Shown: one piece after another, positions 19,590-29,101 of the stretch
Position numbering within the stretch: the stretch's first letter is position 1
Layout of the letters: the number at the start of each line of letters is the position of its first letter
Notes under the pieces: generated by a model
What the model was told of the DNA's origin: nothing
Databases searched by the model: none
What the model saw: the letters and a program-made list of their open reading frames with translations, nothing else
From: Capsulimonadaceae bacterium
GTDB lineage: Bacteria; Armatimonadota; Armatimonadia; Armatimonadales; Capsulimonadaceae
Direction: 5' to 3'
Assembly: GCA_965215505.1 (NCBI GenBank)
Contig: OZ244065.1
Coordinates: forward strand, 4,576,001 to 4,640,000
DNA length: 64,000 nucleotides
Position numbers and translations under genes: made by a program

Positions 19590-19931
19590 ATGCCCCTCTA
19601 TGAATACACCTGCAACCACTGTCACAAGCGCTACACCGTCCTCGTCGGCATGACCGCCGCCGGAGACAGCAACGTCTGCCCGCACTGCGGCGGCGACCAG
19701 GCCACCAAGCGCGTCACCCGCTTCGCGCGCGGGCGCGGCGACGACGACTTGATGGACGACCTCGCGGACCCCGACAAGATCGGCGACATGGACGACCCCA
19801 AGGCGATGCGCCGCTGGGCCAAGGAGATGGGCAAGGAGATGGGCGAGGACCTGGGGGACGACTTCGACGAGTACATGGACGCCGCCGAGAGCGGCGAGAT
19901 GGAAGACGACGCCCCCGGCGGCCTGGAATAG
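19590..19931 (+). CDS. FmdB-family zinc-ribbon protein with acidic tail
   Basis: MPLYEYTCNHC...CPHCG motif. Confidence 0.85.
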   Translation: MPLYEYTCNHCHKRYTVLVGMTAAGDSNVCPHCGGDQATKRVTRFARGRGDDDLMDDLADPDKIGDMDDPKAMRRWAKEMGKEMGEDLGDDFDEYMDAAESGEMEDDAPGGLE

Positions 19932-19990
19932 CAGGAGAAGCCGTGCCGCGCGGCGTATCTTACGCGCGTCGCCCGAAAAGGAGAACCGCC

Positions 19991-20857
19991 ATGTCTCTGC
20001 CGACCACACGCCGCGCGTTCCTGCCCGCCTGCCTGACTTTGGGGGCGCTGCTCTGCGCGCCGCCTATCTTCGCCGATACGCCCGTCGTGCCTGCCGCCCC
20101 GATGGCGCAGGCGAAGACGCTGGCCTTGCAGAATACTGTTCCCAAAGACATCCTCAAGGCTCTGCACTGGGACCAGAACGCCCAGAAGTTTGACAGCGCC
20201 GCGCCGGTCCGCGTTGAGGGCGTCACCCAGATCAGTGCCCTGCCGGCGACAAACTCCCTGTCCATCGTCGCCACGCCTGATGGTTTCGCTAAAGTACGGA
20301 CCCTTGTCCGAATCCTGGACATCGCGCCGCGCCAGGTACAGATCAAGTTCGCCCTGGCGAACGCCACCGCCGCCGAACTAGACGCTTCGGGCATCAACTT
20401 CGCCCTGGAGGCAGGGACGGGACCGCACGAGTCGCCGATCCTGGGGTACGCGACGGGCAGCGCCGTGGCTCGCTTCCTGCAAACGCTCACCGCCAAGGGC
20501 AGCGTCACGCAGTCGCCGGTCATCTCGACCTCGAACAATGTGGACGCGAGCCTCAGCCTGACTACCACGGTCCATTCGCAAGTGGTTTCGTCCGTCACGT
20601 TCGCCGCCATGCCCCGCGTCAACAGCGACGATACCGTCACCCTTTCCCTGCACCCGTCGTTCTCGCAGAGTCCTCCCGGTGCGCCTGCGGTCAAGGCGCT
20701 GTCCCTCAAGACCCTGCGGACCGTCAAGAGCGGCGACACGATGGTCCAAGTGGTCTACTCCGAGCCTTTCGGCAAGAGCGACGCCAACCAACTCCTGTTC
20801 GTCACGCCGACGATCTTGTCCACGGGTAAAGCCCCGGCGGCGATGACGGTGAAGTAA
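19991..20857 (+). CDS. Short secretin-like exported protein
   Basis: N3-like NSLSIVAT...LDIAPRQVQI segment, then Q.P.I.T.NN..A, PRVNSDDTVTL.L.P, VKSGDT and LLFVTPTIL secretin-like motifs. Confidence 0.65.
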   Translation: MSLPTTRRAFLPACLTLGALLCAPPIFADTPVVPAAPMAQAKTLALQNTVPKDILKALHWDQNAQKFDSAAPVRVEGVTQISALPATNSLSIVATPDGFAKVRTLVRILDIAPRQVQIKFALANATAAELDASGINFALEAGTGPHESPILGYATGSAVARFLQTLTAKGSVTQSPVISTSNNVDASLSLTTTVHSQVVSSVTFAAMPRVNSDDTVTLSLHPSFSQSPPGAPAVKALSLKTLRTVKSGDTMVQVVYSEPFGKSDANQLLFVTPTILSTGKAPAAMTVK

Positions 20858-20869
20858 TGGAGGCGCGTC

Positions 20870-21463
20870 ATGGCGAGCATTCACGGTCCCAAGAAGCCGG
20901 GGGCGGCGCGGGCGGGCGTCTGGGCCACCTCCCTCCTGCTTGCCCTGCTTCTGCTGCTTCCCGCTGCTTGGTACGCCCGCTACCGCGACCAACTGGCCGC
21001 GCCGTCTGTCCCCGCAGGCTCCGGCGCGGCCCTGGTGTTCCGGCCTTCCGGCGTCATGACACTCGGCCCGCCTGCGCCCGGTCAGGCCCGCACCGTACAG
21101 ATACGACATACCGGTGGGCAGGTCATTACCACTGTCACCACCGGCGGTTTGATGATCGCGGCGAAAACCAGTGACCCGCACCCACCCTCTTATCTGCTGG
21201 ACGTGCTGGGCCAAAGCCTGTGTGACCGCTACAACGCCTGGACGTGTGAGCGCGGTGATCCCCATCAGTCTATCGGTACAATTCAAATGTCCGGCGATAT
21301 TGTCTTTACGGGACACATCTATTCTCAGCCTGGCATATCCACCGGAATAGCTTCTCTCCTGCCTAGTATCAGCTCGCCCGCACCGCCGCCAGCCCATGCA
21401 CCGGGAATACCTGCGCCTGCACCGTCGCTACACTCCGCCGCGCGTACTCCCGCGCGTCCGTGA
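20870..21463 (+). CDS. Hypothetical single-pass membrane protein
   Basis: GGAGG RBS; N-terminal TM helix; 3' end overlaps acuC. Confidence 0.55.
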   Translation: MASIHGPKKPGAARAGVWATSLLLALLLLLPAAWYARYRDQLAAPSVPAGSGAALVFRPSGVMTLGPPAPGQARTVQIRHTGGQVITTVTTGGLMIAAKTSDPHPPSYLLDVLGQSLCDRYNAWTCERGDPHQSIGTIQMSGDIVFTGHIYSQPGISTGIASLLPSISSPAPPPAHAPGIPAPAPSLHSAARTPARP

Positions 21464-22556
21464 TGCCGGAGTCCGGGTGACGCCGCCGGTACACTTGGTC
21501 AAAGACCAACTGCTTCTCGTCTTCGCTCGGCCCTGCTGCGTCATGCAGGGCCGTGATGCCCCATTCTTCCGCGTAGGCTGACGGCACTGCTTGGGGGAAC
21601 GTCTGCCCGGACAAGGCCCCGTAGAGCAGCGTCCACTGCCGGGCCACCGTCTTCAGGTTGTAGCCGCCCCCGCCCAGCGCGACCGTCGGCTTCCCCAAAG
21701 TCAGCACCGACGACGCCAGCCCCAACCAGCCCTGCGTCGTCAGGCACAGGTGAGCCAGCGGGTCCTGAAAATGGGCGTCCGCGCCCACCTGCAAGAGGAT
21801 GTAATCGGGGTCGAAGGCGCGCAGCAGGGGCAGGAAAGCCGCTCCGAACGCCTCGGCGGCGATAGTGTCCCCGCTGCCCGGTGCCAGCGGCAGGTTGGCG
21901 TTATAGCCGAGTCCTGCCCCTTCCCCCACCTCGTCCGCGTAGCCCGTGACGCGCGGGAACAGGGTTTCCGGCGTCTCGTGGATGGACAGCGTCAGCACGC
22001 GCGGGTCGTCGTAAAAGAGGGCCTGCGTGCCGTCGCCGTGGTGCGCGTCAATGTCCACATAGGCGACTCGCTGCGCCCCGTGGTCGAGCAAATAGTGGGC
22101 CACGAGCGCGCAGTCGTTGACGGTGCAAAAGCCCGCCGCCCGGTCCAGACGGGCATGGTGCAGGCCGCCCGACGTGTTAAAGGCGGCATCATAACCCCCT
22201 TGTGAGACCAGCCGGGCGCAGTCAAGCGACCCGCCCGCGTACAGCAGGGAAGCTTCCCACATGCCGGGGAACGGCGGGTTGTCCAGGCCGCCGAAGCCGA
22301 ACCGCTTCTTGTCCGGGACAGTGTGGCCTTCGCTCAGTGCCCAGAGGGCGTCGAGATAGTCGGAGGAATGCACCCGCAGCAGGTCCGCTTCGGTGGCCGG
22401 GGTGGGGGAGATGAGGTCAGAGTCAGGGCCGCCGAAGGCCCCGTAGGCGTCCAGCAGGCGGTGCGTCATCAGGAGCCGCTTCTGCTGCAAGGGGTGGCTG
22501 TCGGAGAGGTGGTAGCGGACGTAGTCGTCGGTGTAGACGAAGGCGGCGCGGGGCAT
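21369..22556 (-). CDS. acuC: AcuC/histone deacetylase family protein deacetylase
   Basis: HP...R, GGLHHA, GFC, DIDAHHGDG, GADAH..DPL, GGGGY motifs. Confidence 0.88.
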   Translation of the reverse strand: MPRAAFVYTDDYVRYHLSDSHPLQQKRLLMTHRLLDAYGAFGGPDSDLISPTPATEADLLRVHSSDYLDALWALSEGHTVPDKKRFGFGGLDNPPFPGMWEASLLYAGGSLDCARLVSQGGYDAAFNTSGGLHHARLDRAAGFCTVNDCALVAHYLLDHGAQRVAYVDIDAHHGDGTQALFYDDPRVLTLSIHETPETLFPRVTGYADEVGEGAGLGYNANLPLAPGSGDTIAAEAFGAAFLPLLRAFDPDYILLQVGADAHFQDPLAHLCLTTQGWLGLASSVLTLGKPTVALGGGGYNLKTVARQWTLLYGALSGQTFPQAVPSAYAEEWGITALHDAAGPSEDEKQLVFDQVYRRRHPDSGITDAREYARRSVATVQAQVFPVHGLAAVRAS

Positions 22557-22589
22557 GGGGCGGCTTTCTAAGGTCCCCGAATGAAAAAG

Positions 22590-22699
22590 AGGGCGAACAC
22601 AAGGTTCGCCCCTACGGGGTGGACGGAAGGTGTAGGGGCGAACCTTGTGTTCGCCCTTCTTGGACGTGTTCGCCCTTCTTGGACGTGTTCGCCCTTCTT
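22590..22699. repeat. REP doublet, family B (GTAGGGGCGAACCTTGTGTTCGCCCT), with 19-bp tandem extension
   Basis: Inverted copies at 22590-22615 and 22632-22657, identical to copies at 58721 and 59090. Confidence 0.85.
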
Positions 22700-22719
22700 C
22701 CTGCGCTGCCGCGCGAAGG

Positions 22720-23487
22720 CTAGGCGTATCCCTTCGCCTTCAGGTTGTTGTAGGACAGCGTCACCGCCTCGATGGCGGGGCCTTTGCACACGTCCTGCTC
22801 GACGATCAGGTACTCCGCACCGACGATGGGCGCGGCGGCGACCAGTTCATCCAGGGGAAGGCGCCCCGTGCCGACGGGAGCGAACGAGTCGTCGGTAGGG
22901 TCCATGTCCTTGAGGTGAATCAGGGGGACGCGGCCCGAATGCTTGTTGATGAACGCGACCGGGTCATGCCCGGCCTTCAGCACCCAGTATGTGTCCACCT
23001 CGGCTTTGACCAGCGTGGGGTCGGTATTCTCCAGCAGGATGTCCTCGCCCATCTGCCCGTTGTCCAGCGGCTTGAACTCGAAGTCGTGGTTGTGGTAGCA
23101 CAGGGTCAGACCGCTGGACCGCAGGGTTTCGCCCATCTCGTTCAGGGTCCCCGCCAGGCGCTTGTAGTCGTCCGCCGTCCGGCGGCGCTCTTCGGCGAGG
23201 TAGGGGACCACGATGTAGCGGTTGCCCAGGGCCAGGTTCTCCTGGATGACTTTGGGCAGGTCGGCCTCCAGGTCGTCCAGCCCGATGTGGCTGCCCGCGA
23301 CGCTCAGGTGGTTGTCGGCCAGTAGACCGGAAAGCTCCTGCACGGACAGGCTGCCCCGCCCGGCCAACTCGACGGCGGCGTAGCCGATGGCGGCGACTTT
23401 CTGAATGGTCCCGGCGAAGTCCTGGGCGGTGTCGTCGCGCAGGGTGTACATCTGCAAGGCAATGGGTAGCTTCGGCATTTCTTTCAC
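22720..23487 (-). CDS. Sugar phosphate isomerase/epimerase (xylose-isomerase-like TIM barrel)
   Basis: LQMYTLRD, YHNHDFEF, EVDTYW, HLKD, VEQD motifs. Confidence 0.88.
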   Translation of the reverse strand: MKEMPKLPIALQMYTLRDDTAQDFAGTIQKVAAIGYAAVELAGRGSLSVQELSGLLADNHLSVAGSHIGLDDLEADLPKVIQENLALGNRYIVVPYLAEERRRTADDYKRLAGTLNEMGETLRSSGLTLCYHNHDFEFKPLDNGQMGEDILLENTDPTLVKAEVDTYWVLKAGHDPVAFINKHSGRVPLIHLKDMDPTDDSFAPVGTGRLPLDELVAAAPIVGAEYLIVEQDVCKGPAIEAVTLSYNNLKAKGYA

Positions 23488-23551
23488 GTCCTTCTTTGAA
23501 GTGATGTCGTCCGGTCAGGTTCGGCGTCGCGTCTGCTAATCCCTTCCCCCT

Positions 23552-25870
23552 TTAGCGTGTCCTCAAAACGACCGTCACCCGGCGGGCCGCACCGGCTGAA
23601 ACCGTGACCGCGAAGTGCCCATTCGCCGGGTCATAGGCCACCGGCCCGACCCTCCCGCCCGCCGCCGCCGCTTTGGGCGCGGAGGCCGCGTAGCCGTGCA
23701 GCGTCACCGCCGCCTCGCCGGCGGCAAGCAGGACGGTCGCCGTCAGTCCGCCCGGCGTGTCCTGGACGGCCGCGAGCCGCTGATGGCCCATGCCGACGAA
23801 CTTGCCTTCGTCCCCCAACAGCGCGATGCCGGACGCGCCGACGGGGGCGACGACGTAGAAGGCCCGCCCCGTCGGCCCAAGTGTGTCCTGGTACGTCCCG
23901 CCCGCCCCGAGCCGCCGGGCGGTCTTGGCGAAGTAGTCGTAGACGTACACCGGGCCAGGCACGCCGAGCGATTTGGGCGAGAACGACACGGCCGAACTGT
24001 CCCCGGTGCGTGTGCAGGCGAAGACGTAAGCCGTGCGCCCCGTCCCAACGCCGGTGTAGGTCGCGGCGACCAAGGGCAGATGTGCCTGCCGGGCATCGGC
24101 CAGAATGCTGGCGTCCGTCGGCACCAGCGGCGCGTCCGGCTTGACGATCATGCCGTCGCCGCGCACGGCCAGCAGGATGTTCGCGCGGGACTCGCGCCCG
24201 ATCCCGTCGCCCGTCCCGACCGGCCCCGCCGACAGTGCGGCGAGCAGCATGTTGTCTGTTTCCGAACTCATAAACACGTCCGCCCAGGGCCACAGGCCGA
24301 GGGCCTGCGCCAGTTGCGAGGTGTAGATAAAGTCGTTCCACTTCCTGCGCTCGAACCGGTCGCCGCTGGTGCGGATCGTCGTCAGGCTGCCGTACTTCGC
24401 CCCTTGCAGGAAGAAGCGCGGGGTCGCCATGCAGTACTGCATCGTCTGCCCGCGCTGGTGCGTGGCGCGCGCCATGTTGTCGGCGAAGGCCGCGCCGGGC
24501 GCGAGGCTCCGTGCCATCTCGGGGGAGTGCGGGTAGATCTCGGAGAGCCAGTCCTGCTCGTAACAGGCCACGCCGCCGCCCGCGAGGTACGCGGCCCGGT
24601 CGTCCCACCAGCGTGGGTCGGTCGGCGCGATGCCGGAGATTTGATAGGTCTTGTGGTAGGGGCTGGCCGGGTCGATCCAGCGCGCGTGGACGACCAGGGG
24701 CAATCCGAGCTGCTTCTGGAAGGCCGCCAAGCCCTGCGGGAACAGGGCGGGCGAGGCCGAGTAGTCCAAAGTCCCGCCGTAGGCGTTCCACGTCCCTTCC
24801 GGCAGGCGCGCGTTCTTGGGACCCTCCTGCTTGCCCGCCGGGGACGTGCGCGTCTTCTGATACCACCAGCTATCGAGCTGGAGGTAGCGGATGGGGATGT
24901 GTTCCTGCTGGTAGCGCCGCCGCAGTGCCAGCAGCGTCCCCGTATAGCCCAGTTTCGGGTCGTAGTTGTAGTAATAGGTCGCGCCGTTGTCCGTCCAGTA
25001 CCCGAAGTACTTCAAAGTAAGGTCGGCCTGATTGCCTGGCCGCGCCTTGCCGGTCCAGTCGGTGAGAGCCTGCCCCCAGGCCTGCATGGTGCGCCCGATG
25101 CCGCCGCCGACGACCAGCAAACTCCGGTGCGTCCACCCCGCCGGGATGCCGGACAGCTCCGGGTTCAGGCCGCTGGCGAGTTCCGCCCGGCCGTCCCCGT
25201 GCATCTGCGAGACGATGAAGTCCGAGGCCGGGGACAAGACGGCGGTCTGCGCCTTGTCGTCGAACAGCACCCAGGGTGTCGCGTTGTGGGCCAGCCGGAA
25301 GGCATGCGGGCTGAACGCGCTGTCTTCAAAGCTCATCGGGTGCAAGTTTTGAGGGAACCCGGTGAAGCGCGGGAAGTCTTGCATCACATGGGCGGCAGGC
25401 TGCCGCACGGTCAGTGAGAACAGCACGGCGGCCTTGTCCTGGTAGCGCCGGATCGCGCCGCCGTAGGGGACGCCCGCCGACCAGTGGAAGGCGAGTTCCT
25501 GGTACGCGCCGATGCGGTCCCGGCCCCGCGTCGTGGTCACATCGGAAAGCCGCGCCCCCACCGTCCCCGTAAAGGTCCAGGCCGGGCTGCGGGTGGCGAC
25601 CTTGTATGCGCCGCTCGCCTCGTCTACCGAGACGGCGACGCCGGAGGGGGACGCCGGCAGGGCGGCGGCTTGCGCGCGTGCGGCCGGGAATAGGGCGAGC
25701 AGCAGGGCGAGGAGAGCCACGGGTTGAAACTCGAGGCTCGGAAAAGCCCAGCGTCCAGGGGACGCAAGATCAGGAACGTGCCGGGCGCTCCAGTGTTTTC
25801 CCTCTTCTGTCCCTTGGACAGTGAGCTTTTCCGAGCCTCGGGTTTCAACCCGTGGTACTTCCTTCATCAT
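23552..25870 (-). CDS. Secreted putative glycoside hydrolase (TIM barrel, family unclear)
   Basis: GYWTDNGATYYY, YLQLDSWWY, YEQDW, RTSGD motifs recall GH-D-like enzymes. ATG 25870 overlaps the araC stop (ATGA); signal peptide follows an in-frame repeat. Confidence 0.65.
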   Translation of the reverse strand: MMKEVPRVETRGSEKLTVQGTEEGKHWSARHVPDLASPGRWAFPSLEFQPVALLALLLALFPAARAQAAALPASPSGVAVSVDEASGAYKVATRSPAWTFTGTVGARLSDVTTTRGRDRIGAYQELAFHWSAGVPYGGAIRRYQDKAAVLFSLTVRQPAAHVMQDFPRFTGFPQNLHPMSFEDSAFSPHAFRLAHNATPWVLFDDKAQTAVLSPASDFIVSQMHGDGRAELASGLNPELSGIPAGWTHRSLLVVGGGIGRTMQAWGQALTDWTGKARPGNQADLTLKYFGYWTDNGATYYYNYDPKLGYTGTLLALRRRYQQEHIPIRYLQLDSWWYQKTRTSPAGKQEGPKNARLPEGTWNAYGGTLDYSASPALFPQGLAAFQKQLGLPLVVHARWIDPASPYHKTYQISGIAPTDPRWWDDRAAYLAGGGVACYEQDWLSEIYPHSPEMARSLAPGAAFADNMARATHQRGQTMQYCMATPRFFLQGAKYGSLTTIRTSGDRFERRKWNDFIYTSQLAQALGLWPWADVFMSSETDNMLLAALSAGPVGTGDGIGRESRANILLAVRGDGMIVKPDAPLVPTDASILADARQAHLPLVAATYTGVGTGRTAYVFACTRTGDSSAVSFSPKSLGVPGPVYVYDYFAKTARRLGAGGTYQDTLGPTGRAFYVVAPVGASGIALLGDEGKFVGMGHQRLAAVQDTPGGLTATVLLAAGEAAVTLHGYAASAPKAAAAGGRVGPVAYDPANGHFAVTVSAGAARRVTVVLRTR
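25717..25855. repeat. Palindromic element family A, in frame within a CDS
   Basis: CCACGGGTTGAAACTCGAGGCTCGGAAAAGC ... GCTTTTCCGAGCCTCGGGTTTCAACCCGTGG. Confidence 0.85.
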
Positions 25871-26709
25871 TTCTCCCCCTGCATCCGCCGCCGGTACTCG
25901 GCGGGGCTGCACCCCATCTGCTGCTGGAAGACCCGGTAGAACTGCGGGTAGCTCCCGAACCCCGCGTCCAGCGCGGCCTCCGATACCGACACCGCCCGGC
26001 CCTTCCCGTAGAGGCGCAGGAACCTCTGGATGCGCTGCCGGTTGCGGAAGTCCACCAGGGCAACCCCCGTCTGCTGGTGGAACAGGCGGCTCAGGCGCGA
26101 CGCGCTCAGGCCGACGCGGGCGGCGATCTCCTCCACCGAGAACGGGTCCGCCTCGTCCCGCAGCAGGCGGGCCGCCTGCTCCACTGCCGGGTGGACGTCC
26201 GGCCCCGCCGCCGGCTCCTCCGCCCCCGAGTACGCCGCCCACGCCGACAGCAGGGCGTAGCCCAGGCCGGCGCTGTAGCGCGCCGTGTCCTCCGGCACCC
26301 CGGCGATCTCCCCGAACAAGGATTGCAGGCGCGCGCTCGGTTCCACGGCCAGGCGGCGGCACCACTGCCCCGGCGGGTCCGAGGCGCACAGCGCCGCCGC
26401 CTCGGGCGTGACGCAGGCGCGTGCCAGCAGGGCGGGCGTGAAGACCCCGATCCACATGGCATGGTCGGCGGACTCGTCGAGCAGGATGTGGTCCTGATCG
26501 GGGAACAGCCAGACCAGTGAGCCGCGCGTCAGGTCGTACCGCCGGTCGCCCAGCAGGTAGGCCGCCCGCCCCGATGTCACCAGGTTCAGCTCGATCTCCG
26601 CGTGGCGGTGCGGCGCGCGCCTCTGCGGCGTGTACCGGTGCAGCCACAGGCGGCCGGCGGAGGCGCGGGGGAGGTGAAGATCATCCGGGGCGGCGGAAAC
26701 TGATAACAT
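25867..26709 (-). CDS. AraC family transcriptional regulator
   Basis: Cupin H.H.E.E N-terminus; C-terminal double HTH (AGFGSYPQFYRVF...SPAEYR). Confidence 0.9.
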   Translation of the reverse strand: MLSVSAAPDDLHLPRASAGRLWLHRYTPQRRAPHRHAEIELNLVTSGRAAYLLGDRRYDLTRGSLVWLFPDQDHILLDESADHAMWIGVFTPALLARACVTPEAAALCASDPPGQWCRRLAVEPSARLQSLFGEIAGVPEDTARYSAGLGYALLSAWAAYSGAEEPAAGPDVHPAVEQAARLLRDEADPFSVEEIAARVGLSASRLSRLFHQQTGVALVDFRNRQRIQRFLRLYGKGRAVSVSEAALDAGFGSYPQFYRVFQQQMGCSPAEYRRRMQGEK

Positions 26710-26795
26710 AACGGCTTATTACGAGAGGACAGGGCCGCTCAAGATGGTCATAATGATAGCATATTTGAGCATCAATCGCAAGGAGAACAGCAGCC

Positions 26796-27587
26796 ATGAC
26801 CGTTTCAGAACTCCCCACCCGGCCCGCCGCCACGGACCGCCTCGTCATCACCGACGCGCAGAAGCAGCAGTACCAGGAGCAGGGCTTTTTCGTGCTGGAG
26901 AACGTCATCCCGCCCGCCCACCTGGAGGCGATGCGCGGGGCCTGCCAACAAGAGATGGACAAGAAGGACGCCGAGATGGAGGCGCTGGGTGTGGACAAGC
27001 TGGGCATCAACCACAAGGGCAGCCGCTACTTCCTGCCGTTTCTGTCCCAGGAGAACCCGGACGTCCGCCGGTTCATCTTCAGCGACCTGATGGCCGACAT
27101 CTGCCGCGCGACGGTCGGCCCCGACGCCTTCTTGTTCCTGGACCAGTACGTCGTCAAGGCCGCCGAGAAGGGCATGAGCTTCTCCTGGCACCAGGATGAG
27201 GGCTACATCCCCTACCCGAACCCGCCCTACGTCGGCTGCTGGTGCGCCCTCGACGACGTTTCCGAGGCGAACGGCACCGTCTACAACCTGCCCTACGCCC
27301 AGGCGGGGACGCGGAGCAAAGTCACCCACGTTCGGGACGAGGCGACCAACGACATGGTGGGCTATTTCGGCGATTCACCCGGCATCCCCGTGATCGCGCC
27401 CGCCGGCAGCATCGCCGTCTTCTCCAGCACCTGCTTCCACCGAAGCGGCTTCAACCGCACTGACAAGATGCGCCGCGCCTACCTCGTCCAGTATTCCGAG
27501 GCCCCGATCACCACCGACGACGGGACGGGCGTTCGCCACCTGGCAGAGCCGTTCCTCCAGGATGGCCGGAACGTCGCCCGCCTCTAA
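26796..27587 (+). CDS. Phytanoyl-CoA dioxygenase (PhyH) family Fe/2OG enzyme
   Basis: WHQD, WCALDD...NG, FHRSG.N, RRAY motifs. Confidence 0.88.
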   Translation: MTVSELPTRPAATDRLVITDAQKQQYQEQGFFVLENVIPPAHLEAMRGACQQEMDKKDAEMEALGVDKLGINHKGSRYFLPFLSQENPDVRRFIFSDLMADICRATVGPDAFLFLDQYVVKAAEKGMSFSWHQDEGYIPYPNPPYVGCWCALDDVSEANGTVYNLPYAQAGTRSKVTHVRDEATNDMVGYFGDSPGIPVIAPAGSIAVFSSTCFHRSGFNRTDKMRRAYLVQYSEAPITTDDGTGVRHLAEPFLQDGRNVARL

Positions 27588-27609
27588 GCGCCCCGCGAGG
27601 AGAAACACC

Positions 27610-28449
27610 ATGACCCTGACCGCACCTGTCCAGGCCACCGAGCCGCGCGTCCCGACCGCTTTAGACGACTTCCTGTTCGACCTGCGCGGCTACATCATCA
27701 TCGAGAACGCCGTCGAGCCGGCCCTGCTCGACGACCTCAACAATGCCTTCGACAACTTCCCGAAGCTCGCGCCACTGGAGTGGTGGGGGAACGCCCAGCG
27801 GCGCGACTACACCGAAGACACCGGGTTCGAGCTGCACAACTGTGTCGAGGCCGGCAAGCCGTTCGAGTCGCTAATTGACTGCCCCGGCTGGATCAACTAC
27901 GCCCGGCGTTACTGCGGCGAAGACAAATCTTATGTCGAGGGCCTGTTCATTGACGAGGCCATCGCCTCCATCCGCCGGTCAGGCGGCTTTCATCAGGTCC
28001 ACTCGGGCAATTACCAGGTCCCCCTGCGCTGCACCTACGGCTACGAGAACGGCGTGTTCCGCTGCGGCCAGTGCAACGTCATCCTCGCCCTGACCGACAT
28101 CGGCGAGGGGGACGGGCCGACGATGGTGATCCCCGGCAGCCACAAGTCCAACTTCCTGCACCCCCAGGCCGCCGAGTACACCCTGGGCGAGCGCATGGAC
28201 GACCTGGAAGGCGCGATCCCCGTCTACCTGAAGCGCGGCGACGCCGTGCTGTTCGTGGACGGCCTGATGCACGGCGGGAGCAGCCGGACGACCGAGGGCG
28301 GCGAGCGGCGGGTCACCATCTACCGCTACGGCCCGAAGTGGGCGCAGACCCGCTTCGGCTACGAGTATTCCCCAGCCCTGCTGGACCGGCTGACGCCCGA
28401 GCGCCGCCGCATCTTGCAGCCCATCCCGCCGAACCGCCCGCCCGCCTGA
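27610..28449 (+). CDS. PhyH family Fe/2OG enzyme with H-x-G motif
   Basis: FDLRGY, ALTD...DG.T.VIPGSHK, LMHG; first metal motif reads HSG rather than HxD. Confidence 0.8.
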   Translation: MTLTAPVQATEPRVPTALDDFLFDLRGYIIIENAVEPALLDDLNNAFDNFPKLAPLEWWGNAQRRDYTEDTGFELHNCVEAGKPFESLIDCPGWINYARRYCGEDKSYVEGLFIDEAIASIRRSGGFHQVHSGNYQVPLRCTYGYENGVFRCGQCNVILALTDIGEGDGPTMVIPGSHKSNFLHPQAAEYTLGERMDDLEGAIPVYLKRGDAVLFVDGLMHGGSSRTTEGGERRVTIYRYGPKWAQTRFGYEYSPALLDRLTPERRRILQPIPPNRPPA

Positions 28450-28539
28450 GCGTCTAAAAAAATAAGTGTCAGGCGGGCAGGGTTGGGGAACAACACTGCA
28501 AGTCCCCGGAGAACGGGACACCAAGGGAGAAATCACACC

Positions 28540-28866
28540 ATGGCCGACATCATTGACACCACAGGGGACACGCACGGCGACGGCATCCAGCACGGCATCG
28601 ACGACAACCCGAACAACGACGCCAAGAAGGGCGCCATCGGCGGCGCGGTGGGCGGGGCCGTCGTCGGCGCGCTGGCCGGCGGACCCCTCGGGGCCGTCAT
28701 CGGCGCGGTCGCGGGCGGCGTCGCCAGCGGCGCGGGCGTGGCCGCCGTGGACAAAGTGGACAACGACAACACCGTGACGGGTCTGGGTGACGGCGTCACC
28801 CCCAAGCACGGCGACACCGTCGTGGACGACAGCGCCCCCATCGTCGTGGACCGCCGCACCCCGTAG
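28540..28866 (+). CDS. Small glycine-zipper protein
   Basis: GGAVGGAVVGALAGGPLGAVIGAVAGG; GGGAGA RBS. Confidence 0.75.
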   Translation: MADIIDTTGDTHGDGIQHGIDDNPNNDAKKGAIGGAVGGAVVGALAGGPLGAVIGAVAGGVASGAGVAAVDKVDNDNTVTGLGDGVTPKHGDTVVDDSAPIVVDRRTP

Positions 28867-28951
28867 AGGCGCGATGCGATGGATAAACGCCCTGGCCTTT
28901 CGCTGATTTTCAGGGGAGGCTGGGGCGTTTGTGTGTCGGCGGCAGAGCCGT

Positions 28952-29101
28952 AAGACGGGTAGGACGAGTGAATGAATTCACTCGCTAGAGGGGACCTGTC
29001 CAGGGGACAGAAGAGCAGTACGCGCCTGTCCATTCCCCTGCTTGTCCCGTGGACAAATCCTGCGTCAGCGAGTGAATTCATTCACTCGTCCTACCCGTCT
29101 T
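28952..29101. repeat. Palindromic REP doublet, family C (35-bp perfect inverted arms)
   Basis: AAGACGGGTAGGACGAGTGAATGAATTCACTCGCT and its exact reverse complement at 29067-29101. Confidence 0.85.

Noticed and set aside
25871-26647. N-terminal 259 aa of the tracked 1031-aa ORF
   Set aside because: Out-of-frame overlap with araC giving low-complexity translation; the real start is 25870 or later.
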